From assembly GCA_002269645.1 (NCBI GenBank), contig NIVC01000006.1:868001-932000 (forward strand): 64,000 nt of DNA. Direction: 5' to 3'. Shown here piece after piece: positions 16,666 through 30,900 of the stretch (its first letter is position 1; each line of letters begins with the position of its first letter). This DNA is from Macrostomum lignano. Taxonomy: Eukaryota. Below the pieces are notes generated by a model. The model worked only from the letters and a program-made list of their open reading frames with translations, ran no database searches and was not told the DNA's origin. The position numbers were made by a program, and so were the translations under genes.

Positions 16666-19466
16666 TCAGAAGACCAGCCGACCCGCTCTGTACAGGTCCA
16701 GCAGTCTCGCCAGCACAGCGCCCTGCTGCATCGACTGCTGACCAATCAGCTTCGGGTCCAGAGCGGTCAGCGTCAGCGACGCCGTGATGGCTGGGCGGAT
16801 GAGAGTCGGGCCGAAGATCAAACCGATATTTGATGGAGACATCTTGTTCACCTGGATGGGGGGGGGTGCGGCCAGCGACAATTGAACGTTTATAATAAAC
16901 GTTTTTAAACTATTTATAGTTTTGCTTTATGCTATGCTGCTGGGTATGAAGAACTGGGGTTATTAGTGGCTTGCAACTGAGGATCTGGGAGGCTGGTCCG
17001 GCAACTGAGGATCTGGGAGGCTGGCCCAGCAACTGAGGATCTGCGAGGCTGCCCCAGCAACTGAGGATCTGAGAGGCTGGCCCAGCAACTGAGGGTCTGG
17101 GAGGCTGGCCCAGCAACTGAGAATCTGCGAGGCTGCCCCAGCAACTGAGGATCTGCGAGGCTGGCCCAGCAACTGAGGGTCTGGGAGGCTGGCCCAGCAA
17201 CTGAGGATCTGGGAGGCTGGTCCGGCAACTGAGGATCTGGGAGGCTGGTCCGGCAACTGAGGATCTGAGAGGCTGGTCCGGCAACTGAGGATCTGCGAGG
17301 CTGGTCCGGCAACTGAGGATCTGCGAGGCTGGCCCAGCAACTGAGGATCTGGGAGGCTGGCCCAGCAACTGAGGATGGATCTGGGAGGCTGGCCCAGCAA
17401 CTGAGGATGGATCTGGGAGGCTGGCCCAGCAACTGAGGATGGAGTTGGGAGGCTGGCCCAGCAACTGAGGATGGAGTTGGGAGGCTGGCCCAGCAACTGA
17501 GGATGGAGTTGGGAGGCTGGCCCAGCAACTGAGGATCCGAAAAGGTTGACCAAGAATGCGGACCTGGCAGCTGTCGCACACGCGCAGCAGGTGGTCAAAC
17601 AGGAAGGCAGCGGTGGCGGCGTTGGCACGCGGCAGGGTGCCAGTTGGCAGCAGTCCCAGCAGTTCGCGATCGTCCGCTTCGCTAGCCGCAGTCAGAGCTT
17701 CGTGCAGGCTGGCGGTAAACAGCGGCTCCGGCAGTTCGCGAAGGTACAGCTTCAGCAAGCCGGTGCAGACGTGAATGTCCAGGCCGTCCAGAGCCTGCGG
17801 CGGGCCGGGGCCGTCCGTGTCGATTCGAGCTCGGGCGCTCTGCAAGGCAAATAATGAAGCTGGGTTGGAATTCACTGGCAACAGGTTACGTAATTGGCTC
17901 AATTAGCGCTAGTTTGCAAAGGGCAGAGCAGCTGCTGTTTCAATTGAAAGTCAGGGCCGATGTACACCCCGTGTGATGTTGTGTGTATGAGGGCCAGATG
18001 GAGAACCTAGAGCAGGTGTCGGCGAACTCCGGTCCTCGGGTCCTTTGAAACTTTACAATAGCAATCTGGCCCGCTCAATGTCCGTCTCTTTTCTGCTCTA
18101 TCTTCTCGCCTCCTCCAATCTCTCCCTCTCCCCTCTTCTCTTTTCTTATCTTCTGCTTTTCTCTCATCCCATCTCTCGCCTCTCCTCTCTTCTCTCTTTG
18201 CTCATTTTATACAAGGGAATAAAGGAAAACAGAGGAGACGAGAAGAGAGGGAAGAGACTAGAGATGAGAGAGAAGAGGAGATGGGATAGAAGAGAAAAAG
18301 GGGAGAGAGTAGAGAAGAGTGGAGAGGAGAAATGATAGAAGAGAAAAGAGGAGAGAGGAGAGAGGAGAGAAGAGAGGAGAGAGGAGAGAAGAGTGGAGAG
18401 GAGAGAGGAGAGAAGAGAGGAGAGAGGATAGAAGAGAAGAGAGGAGAGAGGATAGAAGAGAAGAGAGGAGAGAGGAGAGAAGAGTGGAGAGGAGAGAGGA
18501 TAGAAGAGAAAAGAGGAGAGAGGAGAGGAGAGAAGAGGGGAGAGAGGAGAGGAGAGAAGAGAGGAGAGAGGATAGAAGAGAAGAAGAGAGGAGAGAAGAG
18601 TGGAGAGAGGAGAGAAGAGAGGAGAGAGGAGAGAAGAGTGGAAAGGAGAGATGAGAGAAGAGAAGAAAAGAAAGAAAAGAGAGAGAGGGGAGATAAGAGA
18701 GAAGAGAGCTGAGAAGAGACACAGACCTTTGGGGCGGACCGGATGTATATTGTAAAAAAGGTTTCAAAGGAACCGAGGGCCGGATAGAGAGGCTTTGCGG
18801 GCCAAAGGTTGCCGAACCCTGGTGTACAGGTTGCACAGGGTGTGACGCGGGAGCTGCACTGAAAGTGGCGGCAGCATCGACACTCGCATGCAAACGTTAT
18901 AAAACTGAACGAACCTGCAAGTCGGTGGATGATCCGGAGACTCTGTAGAGTCCCAGCTCGGTGAGGTGGCGGTTGACCTGCTGCACCAGACCCTGCACCA
19001 GCATAGGCACAGCCTCAGCAGCTAGCGGCTCAGCTAGCATTGATTTCTCAGCTTCAACAAGCGTTTCTAGCGGGACACCGAACACCGCCAGGTGCTGCTG
19101 CTGCTGCTGCTGAGGTTGCTGGTACTGCTTATTGAGCACTTTCTGCTGCTGCTGAGGGGGCAGAACGCACAGGTACTGAGGCACGAAGGCTAAGCTGAGA
19201 GTCAACAGCAGAGTCTTCGTTCCAGCCGATAGATAGTGACACTTGGCCTGGTAGTCCCTGAGGCCGCTTTCGCACAGGCGCAGCTCCAGATAGCCAATGT
19301 CGTTGGGTCGCTTGTTCGCCGCGTCCATCTGCGACACCACGAATCTGGGCGGGGCATAAAGTGTGTTGGATTGGAGCTGGTAGGGGACAAATAGGACAGA
19401 ATCAAAGCAGGACACTGTTAGCTGTCTGGCAGTCCGACACGGAGGCTCAGACAGACACAAGGACAG

Positions 19467-19520
<54 letters not shown>

Positions 19521-19557
19521 CGACAGACAGACAGACAGACAGACAGACCGACAGACC

Positions 19558-19593
<36 letters not shown>

Positions 19594-19602
19594 CTAAGAC
19601 AC

Positions 19603-19665
<63 letters not shown>

Positions 19666-21799
19666 GGCAGGCGCACCTGATCGCAGACTCGGTGCCATCC
19701 AGACTGAGCTGGAAGGCGCACTCGAACGTGGGCTGGGAGCTGCCAGCCGAGCAGAATGGCGTGGAGTGCACCCGCATGAAGTGCTGGCTGACGTCTTTAA
19801 TCTCGGTGGCAACGCAGTAGCTGGCGGGCTCGGCCGGGCCCTCCAGCTTGTGCACAGTGACGCTAAGCATGCCGACCAGGCCGGACTCGCACTTGTCGAG
19901 TTCGCTAGTAAAATCGGCGCCGTTGCTGATTGTCGATCGGGCGTCGTCGGTTTCGCCGCCGCCGCCGCCGCCGCCATCGACGCAGTCAAGACCATCCTCC
20001 ATGGACTGTTGGACCTGTCGGCGCTGGCGTCGCAGGTACCGATTTCCGAGGTCGGTCACGTCCTGAGCGACGTGCCGGTAGGCGTGCAGAAGGTCGGCCA
20101 CCTCAGCCTGGCTGACGGTCACCGGGTTGCAGTCGCCTCGGTTGCCCGGCTGCTGAACCTGCAATATTGAATGCCGGATGTGAACCTTGGTTGCTCCTCG
20201 TTGACACAAGGCATCTCAGCAACTCCTCCATGGAGCCATGGCATCTCAGCAACTCCCCCATGGAGCCATGGCATCTCAGCAACTCCCCCATTGAGCCATG
20301 GCATCTCAGCAACTCCTCCATGGAGCCATGGCATCTCAGCAACTCCCCCATGGAGCCATGGCATCTCAGCAACTCCCCCATTGAGCCATGGCATCTCAGC
20401 AACTCCCCCATTGAGCCATGGCATCTCAGCAACTCCCCCATGGAGCCATGGCATCTCAGCAACTCCCCCATTGAGCCATGGCATCTCAGCAACTCCTCCA
20501 TGGAGCCATGGCATCTCAGCAACTCCCCCATGGATCCATGGCATCTCAGCAACTCCCCCATTGAGCCATGGCATCTCAGCAACTCCCCCATTGAGCCATG
20601 GCATCTCAGCAACTCCCCCATGGAGCCATGGCATCTCAGCAACTCCCCCATGGAGCCATGGCATCTCAGCAACATCTTCATTGAGCCATGGCATCTCAGC
20701 ATCTCCCCATTGAGCCATGGCATCTCAGCATCTCCCCATTAAGCCATGGCATCTCAGCAACTCCCCCATGGAGCCATGGCATCTCAGCAACATCTTCATT
20801 GAGCCATGGCATCTCAGCATCTCCCCATTGAGCCATGGCATCTCAGCATCTCCCCATTAAGCCATGGCATCTCAGCAACTCCTCCATGGAGCCATGGCAT
20901 CTCAGCAATATATTGATAAAGCATCTCCAAGTTAATCCGCACCAGATTAGCACCAATCAGCTGTTCCCATTCGCGCCGCTCGAGCTCCGACGACAGCAGC
21001 AGGGTGTACTGCTTCTCCTGGGTGCGGCCGACCCGCAGCGGCACATTCGGCACCGTGACAATGAGCTGCGACTGCAGCCTCCGGAGCTGGTCCACACAGC
21101 GCTGCATCTGACGCGACGTTGCCCCACCTGACGCATTCCTGCCAGCCTCAGCCCGCAGCTGCGCCATCTCAGCCTGCAGAGATTTGATTCGAATCTTCAA
21201 CGAGTTCTCCAGCTGGCAACGCCGGTTCTCTTGCTCCAGCGCGGCTCTGGACGGCGCCTGGCGCTCCGAGTTGAACAGGACGCAGGAGTTTTTAGCCACG
21301 TGCCACTTCGCCTGCAGGCCGACTTCCTCGGCCGAGTCCAGGCCGACTAAACTGCCGCCCAGACTGTCCGATGTCAGCAGCCGCTGGCTCGCGCAGATCA
21401 GCACGTCGCTGAATAGAAAAACTCGACGCAGCTTCCGTTGATTGCCGCTCAGCTCCACCATGAGTTGCTGCTTCAGCAGCCGCCTGCAGCAGCGAGCGCT
21501 GCTGGCTGAGGAGGCACCCGCTTCCGAGGAGCCTCCGGTTGAACCGCTACCGCCGCCTGCGCCGCTGCCACCGCCGCCGCTGCCGCCGCCGCTGCAACCG
21601 CTAGCGTCGCCGGAGAAAACTCGGTGCAATCGCTGGCAAAATTCGTACAACTGGGGCAGGTCTGGGTGACCTGGCGGCGTCACCTGGTAATGCGTGAAGG
21701 CGTCAGGCGTTGTGCAGGCTAACTGGATAGCTTATTAACTAACTAACTAAATAACTAAGTAACTAACTAACTAACTAACTAAATAACTAACTAACTAAA

Positions 21800-21830
<31 letters not shown>

Positions 21831-21927
21831 GTAACTAACTAACTAAGTAACTAACTAACTAAATAACTAACTAACTAAATAACTAACTAACTAAATAACT
21901 AACTAACAAAATAACTAACTAACTAAG

Positions 21928-21966
<39 letters not shown>

Positions 21967-22006
21967 ATAACTACTAACTAACTAACTAAATAACTAACTA
22001 ACTAAA

Positions 22007-22037
<31 letters not shown>

Positions 22038-22130
22038 GTAACTAACTAACTAACTAAGTAACTAACTAACTAAATAACTAACTAACTAAATAACTAACTA
22101 ACAAAATAACTAACTAACTAAGTAACTAAG

Positions 22131-22165
<35 letters not shown>

Positions 22166-22431
22166 ATAACTACTAACTAACTAACTAACCAACTAACTAA
22201 CTAACTAACTAAATTCCTAAATAACTAGCTAACTAACTAACTAACTAAATAACTAAATAACTAGCTAACTAACTAACTAACTAAATAACTAAATAACTAG
22301 CTAACTAACTAAATTCCTAAATAACTAACAACTAACTAACTAACTAACTAAATAACTAACTTAATAACTACTAACTAACTAACTAACTAAATTCCTAACT
22401 AACTAACTAACTAACTAACTAAATAACTAAA

Positions 22432-22465
<34 letters not shown>

Positions 22466-22894
22466 GCTAACTAACTAACTAACTAACTAACTAAATAACT
22501 AAATAACTAGCTAACTAACTAAATAACTAAATAACTAACTAACTAACTAACTAACTAAATAACTAACTTAATAACTACTAACTAACTAACTAACTAAATT
22601 CCTAAATAACTAACTAACTAACTAACTAAATAACTAAATAACTAACTAACTAACTAACTAACTAACTAGCTAACTAACTAACTAACTAACTAACTAAATA
22701 ACTAAATAACTAGCTAACTAACTAAATTCCTAAATAACTAGCTAACTAACTAACTAACTAAATAACTAAATAACTAGCTAACTAACTAACTAACTAAATT
22801 CCTAAATAACTAACTAACTAACTAACTAACTAACTAGCTAACTAACTAACTAACTAACTAACTAAATAACTAACTAACTAACTAACTAACTAAA

Positions 22895-22929
<35 letters not shown>

Positions 22930-22950
22930 ATAACTAACTAACTAACTAAA

Positions 22951-23009
<59 letters not shown>

Positions 23010-23090
23010 ATTCCTAAATAACTAGCTAACTAACTAACTAACTAAATAACTAAATAACTAGCTAACTAACTAACTAACTAAATTCCTAAA

Positions 23091-23124
<34 letters not shown>

Positions 23125-23154
23125 GCTAACTAACTAACTAACTAACTAACTAAA

Positions 23155-23189
<35 letters not shown>

Positions 23190-25607
23190 ATAACTAGCTA
23201 ACTAACTAAATTCCTAAATAACTAACTAACTAGCTAACTAACTAACAGCAAGACATCAGTGACGGCACAGTAATGTATCTCCAACCCACCTGAGCCAGCA
23301 GTTTGCAATTCTCTGCGTGAGTAACCAGCCATCGAGCTGGTAGTGACACCAAATCGACAACGCCAATTTCTTCGCTACGTTTTAGCTCCGGTGAGGTGAC
23401 TGTGACCACTGGGCGGCCGCCGCAGCCGCCAGCCACCTGCGGGAACAACGCGGGCAACCAAAATATTTTTTACTGGATTTCAACATGTGACATGCATGCA
23501 ACTGAACACGTAGCTTCAGGATGGAATAATATAAAAATGGTCAGAATATGTACATGTGATGGTAGCAGGTACACCTGATAGAGTATGTACACCTGCTGGG
23601 AGCATGTACACCTGATGGAAGGATGTAAGCCTGGTGGGAGCATGTGCACTGGCAAGAGCATGTAACCTGATGGGAGCATGTACACCTGATGAAATGATGT
23701 ACACCTGATGAAATGATGTACACCTGATGAAATGATGTACACCTGATGGGAGCATGTAACCTGTTGGGAACATGTACACCTGTTGGGAACATGTACACCT
23801 GATGGGAGCATGTACATTTGATGGGAGCATGTACACCTGTTGGTAACATGTACACCTGATGGGAGCATGTACACCTGATGGGAGCATGTATCTAGATGAA
23901 AGCGTTGATACCTGGTGGGAGAGTTTAGGCAATGCTGGCACATAGGCTGCTCACCTTGAACAGGTCGCAAAACTCTGGCATGCTGGCCAGTTTCTGCACC
24001 GCTTGCCTCGATGCGAACAGGTGCCCAGCGTACTCGGCCACGGCTTTGCACTCGATTAGGGACAGGTAGAGATCACCGATGCGGCTGGCCGAACTCCAGT
24101 TGGCTAGGCGGGCCTCCAGAGTGCGGACAAAGGCCTCCTGGGCTGTCTGTAAGATCGAAGTATGAAATGCAGTCTTAGCTTAATAAATGAGTTTAGTGAG
24201 GCTTAGAGTTTAGTAAAAGCCTTCGAAACGTTCACTGATGTTTTCAGTTTGTAATGCTTTGAGCAGATGAAGTCTCACAGCCCTGCAATAATCGAAGCCC
24301 TCACCTGCAGCTCATCAAATCGGTAGAAAGCTTCTCCAACCAGCTCGGCCGCTGGGCGGCAGCTGGCGGATCGCTGGCCGGCGCAGCGCACGGCACTGCA
24401 GCACTGCGCCAGCACCCGCAGTGCGCACAGGTGGAACGCCTCCTCGCACTGGACTCGCTGAGCAATGATCTGCCTCTGCTGCTGTTGCTTCTGCTCAGCA
24501 GAATCCGCTGTCAGTGTTGAAGCCGGCTCCGACTCTTCGTAGGGCGTCACGTAGCGAACGCTGCTGCGGTCCAGTCTCCAGGACGATGGCGGCACGCTGT
24601 GGGGAGGCACGGGCGGCGGCGAAGGAGGCGGCGAGGAAGGCGGAGGCGGCGGAGGCCGGTGACCGCCGGACGTGCGGCGAGGCATCCCCTGCTGCCACGG
24701 CAGTTTCGGCGGCAGCGGAGGCGGCAGGGCGCCGGGTCTCTGCTGGGAGGCGCTGGACACCTGGCGGCGTTGCTGGCGCAGCTCCAGCACCGAGGCGTAG
24801 ACTGGCTCGTCTGCCAGGTATTCCTGGGGGAGGCGATGGCGGCCCAGCAACTGACACTCTGGGAGGCTGGCCCAGCAACTGACACACTGAGAGGCTGGCC
24901 CAGGAACTGACACTCTGGGAGGCTGGCCCAGCAACTGACACTGAGAGGCTGGCCCAGGAACTGACACTGAGAGGCTGGCCCAGCAACTGACACTCAGGGA
25001 GGCTGGCCCAGCAACTGACACTCTGGGAGGCTGGCCCAGCAACTGACACTCTGGGAGGCTGGCCCAGCAACTGACACTCTGGGAGGCTGGCCCAGCAACT
25101 GACACTCTGGGAGGCTGGTCCGGCAACTGACACTCTGGGAGGCTGGCCCAGCAACTGACACTCTGGGAGGCTAGCCCAGCAACTGAGGATCTGAGAGGTT
25201 CAGGGGAATAGAAGCCCACGCAAATAAAAGCAGTGGCTCACCTGCAGTGGAGTCGCACAATCCGCGCCACCCTCCGAGCCATTGCTGCCAATCGCACCAG
25301 CGTCCCCAATTCCACTGCTGGCGACTCCACCAGAGCCGCCGCCCACGACGCTGCACAGCCTGTCGGCGCAGTCAGTTAGGAAGCCAACCAGAAACCGCTG
25401 ACGCGCCACTTTTCGCTCAGCTTCAACCAGCTGCCGCCTGGCCTTCGACACGGCCGCCTGCAATGCTGTCAGCTGATCGACCGCGGTGGCGCTGGAGCCA
25501 TTGAGCACCTGCCAGACCTCGTCGGGCCCAGAACCGAACTCCAGGCGATGCAGCTGGTCGAATTCTTGCCGAAAGTCGCGACCCGAGACAGTCGCTGATG
25601 ATGCCAT
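16666..25607 (-). CDS. BCR: BCR/ABR-like protein, about 1139 aa: N-terminal coiled coil, DH, PH, C2, RhoGAP
   Basis: Nine in-phase exons: 25607-25242, 24823-24305, 24146-23955, 23436-23290, 21683-20943, 20158-19677, 19425-18915, 17839-17564, 16851-16666 (3420 nt). Motifs: [15 protein letters not shown] (BCR oligomerisation coil), [14 protein letters not shown] and VTPPGHPDL (DH), [15 protein letters not shown] (PH), [13 protein letters not shown] (Arg finger), [31 protein letters not shown]. Confidence 0.92.
16968..17537. repeat. 28-32 bp minisatellite in BCR intron 8
   Basis: Units of gggaggctggcccagcaactgaggatct; same family as 24840-25192. Confidence 0.96.
18325..18710. repeat. Purine-rich (GA) low-complexity tract in BCR intron 7
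   Basis: agagg/agaag units. Confidence 0.93.
19450..19666. repeat. (GACA)n microsatellite in BCR intron 6
   Basis: About 50 units with few interruptions. Confidence 0.96.
20210..20908. repeat. 30-bp minisatellite in BCR intron 5
   Basis: ggcatctcagcaactcccccatggagccat, about 23 units. Confidence 0.96.
21722..23245. repeat. (TAAC)n compound microsatellite in BCR intron 4
   Basis: About 1.5 kb of ctaa with taaa, tagc and aattcc variants. Confidence 0.97.
23545..23895. repeat. About 19-bp minisatellite in BCR intron 3
   Basis: atgtacacctgatgggagc units. Confidence 0.9.
24840..25192. repeat. 28-bp minisatellite in BCR intron 1
   Basis: gggaggctggcccagcaactgacactct, about 12 units. Confidence 0.95.
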
Positions 25608-27997
25608 TCGCGATTCTGCTGAGCAGTCTGACTGAAAAAATGAATTGAATTCTTAGGTTGAGAGTTATGAATTTTTAGAATTTCAAACCACTTATAAAAT
25701 TTTGTCTTGGCAGTTTAAATCCAACAGATTATATAGCCTAAGTTATTTTTAAAGTACCAATTTAGTATTGCAATATAGTAGAAAAAATAATGTATCAATA
25801 CTAATAGTAGCTAACCAGAAGGTTGATATAAAAAATGCTATCACTCTCTTACACTACCTATTGCCCATATAGCACTTTACAATATTAGAGAATACAAAAA
25901 TACTATTTTAAAGACATTTAACAAAAAATAGTTTCTAAAAGTGGAATGCAAATAAAACAAAAACAATGCTTTAATATCAGTAGCAAAGCTGCAAAGGTTT
26001 ATAATTAGGAAAACTGAAAGAAAATAAAGCTCTTCAGACTATACTTCATACCAATTTTAGGTAATGTCAATTAAAAAATGTTTTTTTCACTTATAAAGCA
26101 ATAATTTCATAGTTCCATAACTTTATTAGTAAAATATCTTCCAACTTTGAAAGCTTACCTCAACTCTAGTTAGTCAATGTCAAAGTTGTGATAAACAAAT
26201 TTATCTTTAATATCTTTTAGCTATATACTAAAAATAGTTTTAATGTTTTACGTCAAAAACACCTTAAAAGCAGATTTCTTAAAGATCTTATTTGTGCGCT
26301 GCCAAATAAAAGCTGAAAGGCCTATACACAAACTACCCTATGTAATCAAACTAATACTGAAATTATTCTACTGTATCTAATATGATTTGTGACATGTGGT
26401 TACTTAATAGCTATAAGCATTTAGCTAGAAAATAAAAAAGCAAAGTAATATGTTATACCAATTACTTCAAATCGACAAGTCAAGCAATTACAATTACTTC
26501 TTGTAATCTTGCGTAGTAGTCAGAATTAACAATGATATTGTGTTATCGCGGATCATGTTTCCTACAAAATAAAACTTTTAAAATTTAACAGAATCTGTGC
26601 ATATTTTAACAAATTTATAATAGACATAAAACTAAATGCGAAACAATACACAATATTCTTTGCTTTTTCTAGTGCATTATACTTTTTTATGAAATTATAT
26701 TTAAATTTTCAAATAACTGCTTCGCAGAAATCAACGGATATTTATATTATATCCGTTTCACTTTAAATATGAATAACTCAACACTAACTTGAAATTATTG
26801 CTTTTAACTTTTTTCAACCCAAATCCACTGAAAAAAGAAAGAGCTATATCATTTATCTCATTCTAAATAAAATAAATGACAGTCATTAGGGTCAATTGTT
26901 GCTATAACTTGACAAGTTCAACTTGACGTAATTGTAAACGCACCAGCAAGTTTGTGTATCGCAGTTATGTAAAAAACCAAATGCACATACGAATCTTACT
27001 ACATCTCAGATTGTTCACCACTCTTGAAGGCTGTTCTACAAGTACACGTTCATGTAACACGAAATCCGTATTACCGAATGATGTTGAGTAAACTTTTTTA
27101 GGCAATTCACTACAGAGCTCGATTTCCAAATTAATGTAAGTTTGCTAATAATATTATACCAAGCGCTCAGCAGATTTTTATCCAGCTTGAACCTAGTAAA
27201 TGAAGTTAATAGACGGGAGCAAGAAGAGCAATATTGTATTTCATTTGAAAACATGGCAGATCGGCAAGCCTGCAAGCGAACAGAAAAATATATTCAGCAT
27301 TCAAATTCTTTTATTGCAGCCAAATATGCACAACAGTTCGGCCAAAGGAAATACTGCAAAACGCACAACAGACAAAAATTAGCTGATGCTAGAATAAATT
27401 TCCTAGTAACAAATTGGCATATCTACAATATATTGAAGCATTCCTGTGGAAAACGAAATTTTTATAAAAAAAAGAAGAATAAAAATTCTTTAAGCCAGAC
27501 ACAACATTGCAAATGTGCAGAACAAACCGAGAATATTTAAGAAGCGATTGCAACAGATCGTTTGAATTAGCAATAAAAATAGAATTTGTATCGAATGAGG
27601 CAATGAAATAATCATGCTGATTTGTTAGCTTAAAAATATAATAAAATTTGTTTTACTGAAAAATTAATCATTTAAACAGGGTTGAAATTATTTCACGAAG
27701 AAATGTGCTCTGAAACCATTTAATTAATTAACATGTAACATACCATTTTGATAGAAATTTGTTAGAAAGACAAATAAACAATTTTTAATGAGGCCATTTG
27801 TGTAAGCAGTAATTTACACATCATGCATGTAGCATAGAAATAAGCTGCATAGAGACAATAATTATAATTTAACGTTGAGTTTACTGAGCATTATATACTT
27901 TACTGTTTTAAAGCCAATAATGCGAAAGTAAAAAGCGTATTAATGCTTTTACTTCATGCCACTGAGTAGAGATAAGCAATTGAGTCAGGATTGAAGG

Positions 27998-30900
27998 TCA
28001 GACAATATTGGACGTATCTGACGGCCCTGGTAGTTGCTGTAATATAAAAATGATTTTTTAAATAATTAACTGAACATTCTGCTTAAGCATCACACAGTCC
28101 CTAAGCTCAAGCATCGCATCACACAGTCCCTAAGCATCACACAGTCCCTCAGCATCACACAGTCCCTCAGCATCACACAGTCCCTCAGCATCACACAGTC
28201 CCTCAGCATCACACAGTCCCTCAGCTTCACACAGTCCCTCAGCATCACACAGTCCCTCAGCTTCACACAGTCCCTAAGCATCGCACAGTCCCTAAGCTAA
28301 AGCATCGCACAGTCCCTAAGCTAAAACATCGCACAGTCCCTAAGCTAAAGCATCACACAGTCCCTAAGCATCACACAGTCCCTCAGCTTCACACAGTCCC
28401 TAAGCATCGCACAGTCCCTAAGCTAAAGCATCGCACAGTCCCTAAGCATCGCACAGTCCCTAAGCTCAAGCATCGCACAGTCCCTAAGCTCAAGCATCAC
28501 ACAGTCCCTAAGCTCAAGCATCGCACAGTCCCTAAGCATCACACAGTCCCTAAGCATCGCACAGTTCCTAAGCTAAAACATCGCACAGTCCCTAAGCTAA
28601 AACATCACACAGTCCCTAAGCTAAAACATCGCACAGTCCCTAAGCTAAAGCATCACACAGTCCCTCAGCTTCACACAGTCCCTCAGCATCACAAAGTCCC
28701 TAAGCTAAAGCATCACACAGTCCCTCAGCATCACACAGTCCCTCAGCATCACACAGTCCCTCAGCATCACACAGTTCCTCAGCATCACACAGTCCCTCAG
28801 CATCACACAGTCCCTCAGCATCACACAGTCCCTCAGCTTCACACAGTCCCTCAGCATCACACAGTCCCTCAGCTTCACACAGTCCCTAAGCATCGCACAG
28901 TCCCTAAGCTAAAGCATCGCACAGTCCCTAAGCTAAAACATCGCACAGTCCCTAAGCTAAAGCATCACACAGTCCCTAAGCATCACACAGTCCCTCAGCT
29001 TCACACAGTCCCTCAGCTTCACACAGTCCCTAAGCATCGCACAGTCCCTAAGCTAAAGCATCGCACAGTCCCTAAGCATCGCACAGTCCCTAAGCTCAAG
29101 CATCGCACAGTCCCTAAGCTCAAGCATCACACAGTCCCTAAGCTCAAGCATCGCACAGTCCCTAAGCATCACACAGTCCCTAAGCATCGCACAGTTCCTA
29201 AGCTAAAACATCGCACAGTCCCTAAGCTAAAACATCACACAGTCCCTAAGCTAAAACATCGCACAGTCCCTAAGCTAAAGCATCACACAGTCCCTCAGCT
29301 TCACACAGTCCCTCAGCATCACAAAGTCCCTAAGCTAAAGCATCACACAGTCCCTCAGCATCACACAGTCCCTCAGCATCACACAGTCCCTCAGCATCAC
29401 ACAGTCCCTCAGCATCACACAGTCCCTCAGCATCACACAGTCCCTCAGCATCACACAGTCCCTCAGCATCACACAGTCCCTCAGCATCACACAGTCCCTC
29501 AGCATCATACAGTCCCTCAGCTAAAGCATCACACAGTCCCTCAGCATCACACAGTCCCTAAGCTAAAGCATCACACAGTCCCTCAGCATCACACAGTCCC
29601 TCAGCATCACACAGTCCCTCAGCATCACACAGTCCCTCAGCATCACACAGTCCCTCAGCATCACACAGTCCCTCAGCATCACACAGTCCCTCAGCATCAC
29701 ACAGTCCCTCAGCATCACACAGTCCCTCAGCATCACACAGTCCCTCAGCATCACACAGTCCCTCAGCATCACACAGTCCCTCAGCATCATACAGTCCCTC
29801 AGCTAAAGCATCACACAGTCCCTCAGCATCACACAGTCCCTAAGCTAAAGCATCACACAGTCCCTCAGCATCACACAGTCCCTCAGCATCACACAGTCCC
29901 TCAGCATCACACAGTCCCTCAGCATCACACAGTCCCTCAGCATCACACAGTCCCTCAGCATCATACAGTCCCTCAGCATCATACAGTCCCTCAGCATATC
30001 CCATACAGCATTCCAATTCTCAATAAACGGTGCGATCATCACGCATGTAAATCAGAACGCAGACCCGTACCGCAGTTTCCAAGGCAACGCTCGAGTCGAC
30101 ATTGGTATCAGACGTAGCAGCACGAGCTTCTTCCGCCTGTTGCTGCTGCTGCATCTGAAGCCGCTGCTCCTTGACAGCCTCCGTGTAGCTCGGCGGAGGC
30201 TCGCCGGCCACTTCGCCATAAACAGCGTCGTGATACGGCGGCGGCTCCAGCGGCAACTCCGGTTGCGGCTGGTCAATCGACTGGCCGTGACCGTTGGACG
30301 ACTCAAACGAAACGGACATGTTGTCCGATGAGGACGAGTTTCGCCTCTGCTGCTGGATCTGATTGGTTACGGAGGCTTGCCTCGGCAGAGCCTGCTCAGG
30401 CCTGAGCTGCTGCTGCTGCTGCTGACGCCGCCTGCGCCGCCTCTCGCGGTCAACAAAGTAGTACTTGTACAGTGCCGGCACCCAGGTTTTAGCCGAGGCA
30501 AACAGAACGCACAGCAGTACAATTGTGATGATGCAGGCGGCTATTATCTGATGGGGCATTGATTTTGATATTTCTATATATCTGTGAGTTCATTCATTAG
30601 AGAGAAAAATTCGTTAATCCAAGATCCCGAATTTAAAAAATCTGAAATCCATAACCTAGATCCCAAATACCGAATCCCAAGATAATAATTCCAAATCCCA
30701 AGATAATATTCCTAAATTCCGATTTCCAAGATACTACGAGTAATCCTAAATCTTAAATTTCAAGATAAGATTTCCAAATCCCAAGATAATATCCCCAAAC
30801 CCCGAATCCGAAGATAAGATTCCTAAATACAGAATCTCAGTATAAGCTTCCCAAATCCCAAGATAAGATTCCCAAATCCCAAGATAAGATTCCAAAATCC

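Noticed and set aside
15108-16741. Cys-rich ORFs (CCHQCQFICV) as metallothionein- or keratin-associated proteins
   Set aside because: They are translations of a 30-bp minisatellite with variable unit length that shifts frame constantly.
27036-27540. ORFs of 60-132 aa in the AT-rich spacer
   Set aside because: Non-ATG starts, AT-driven composition and no recognisable motif.
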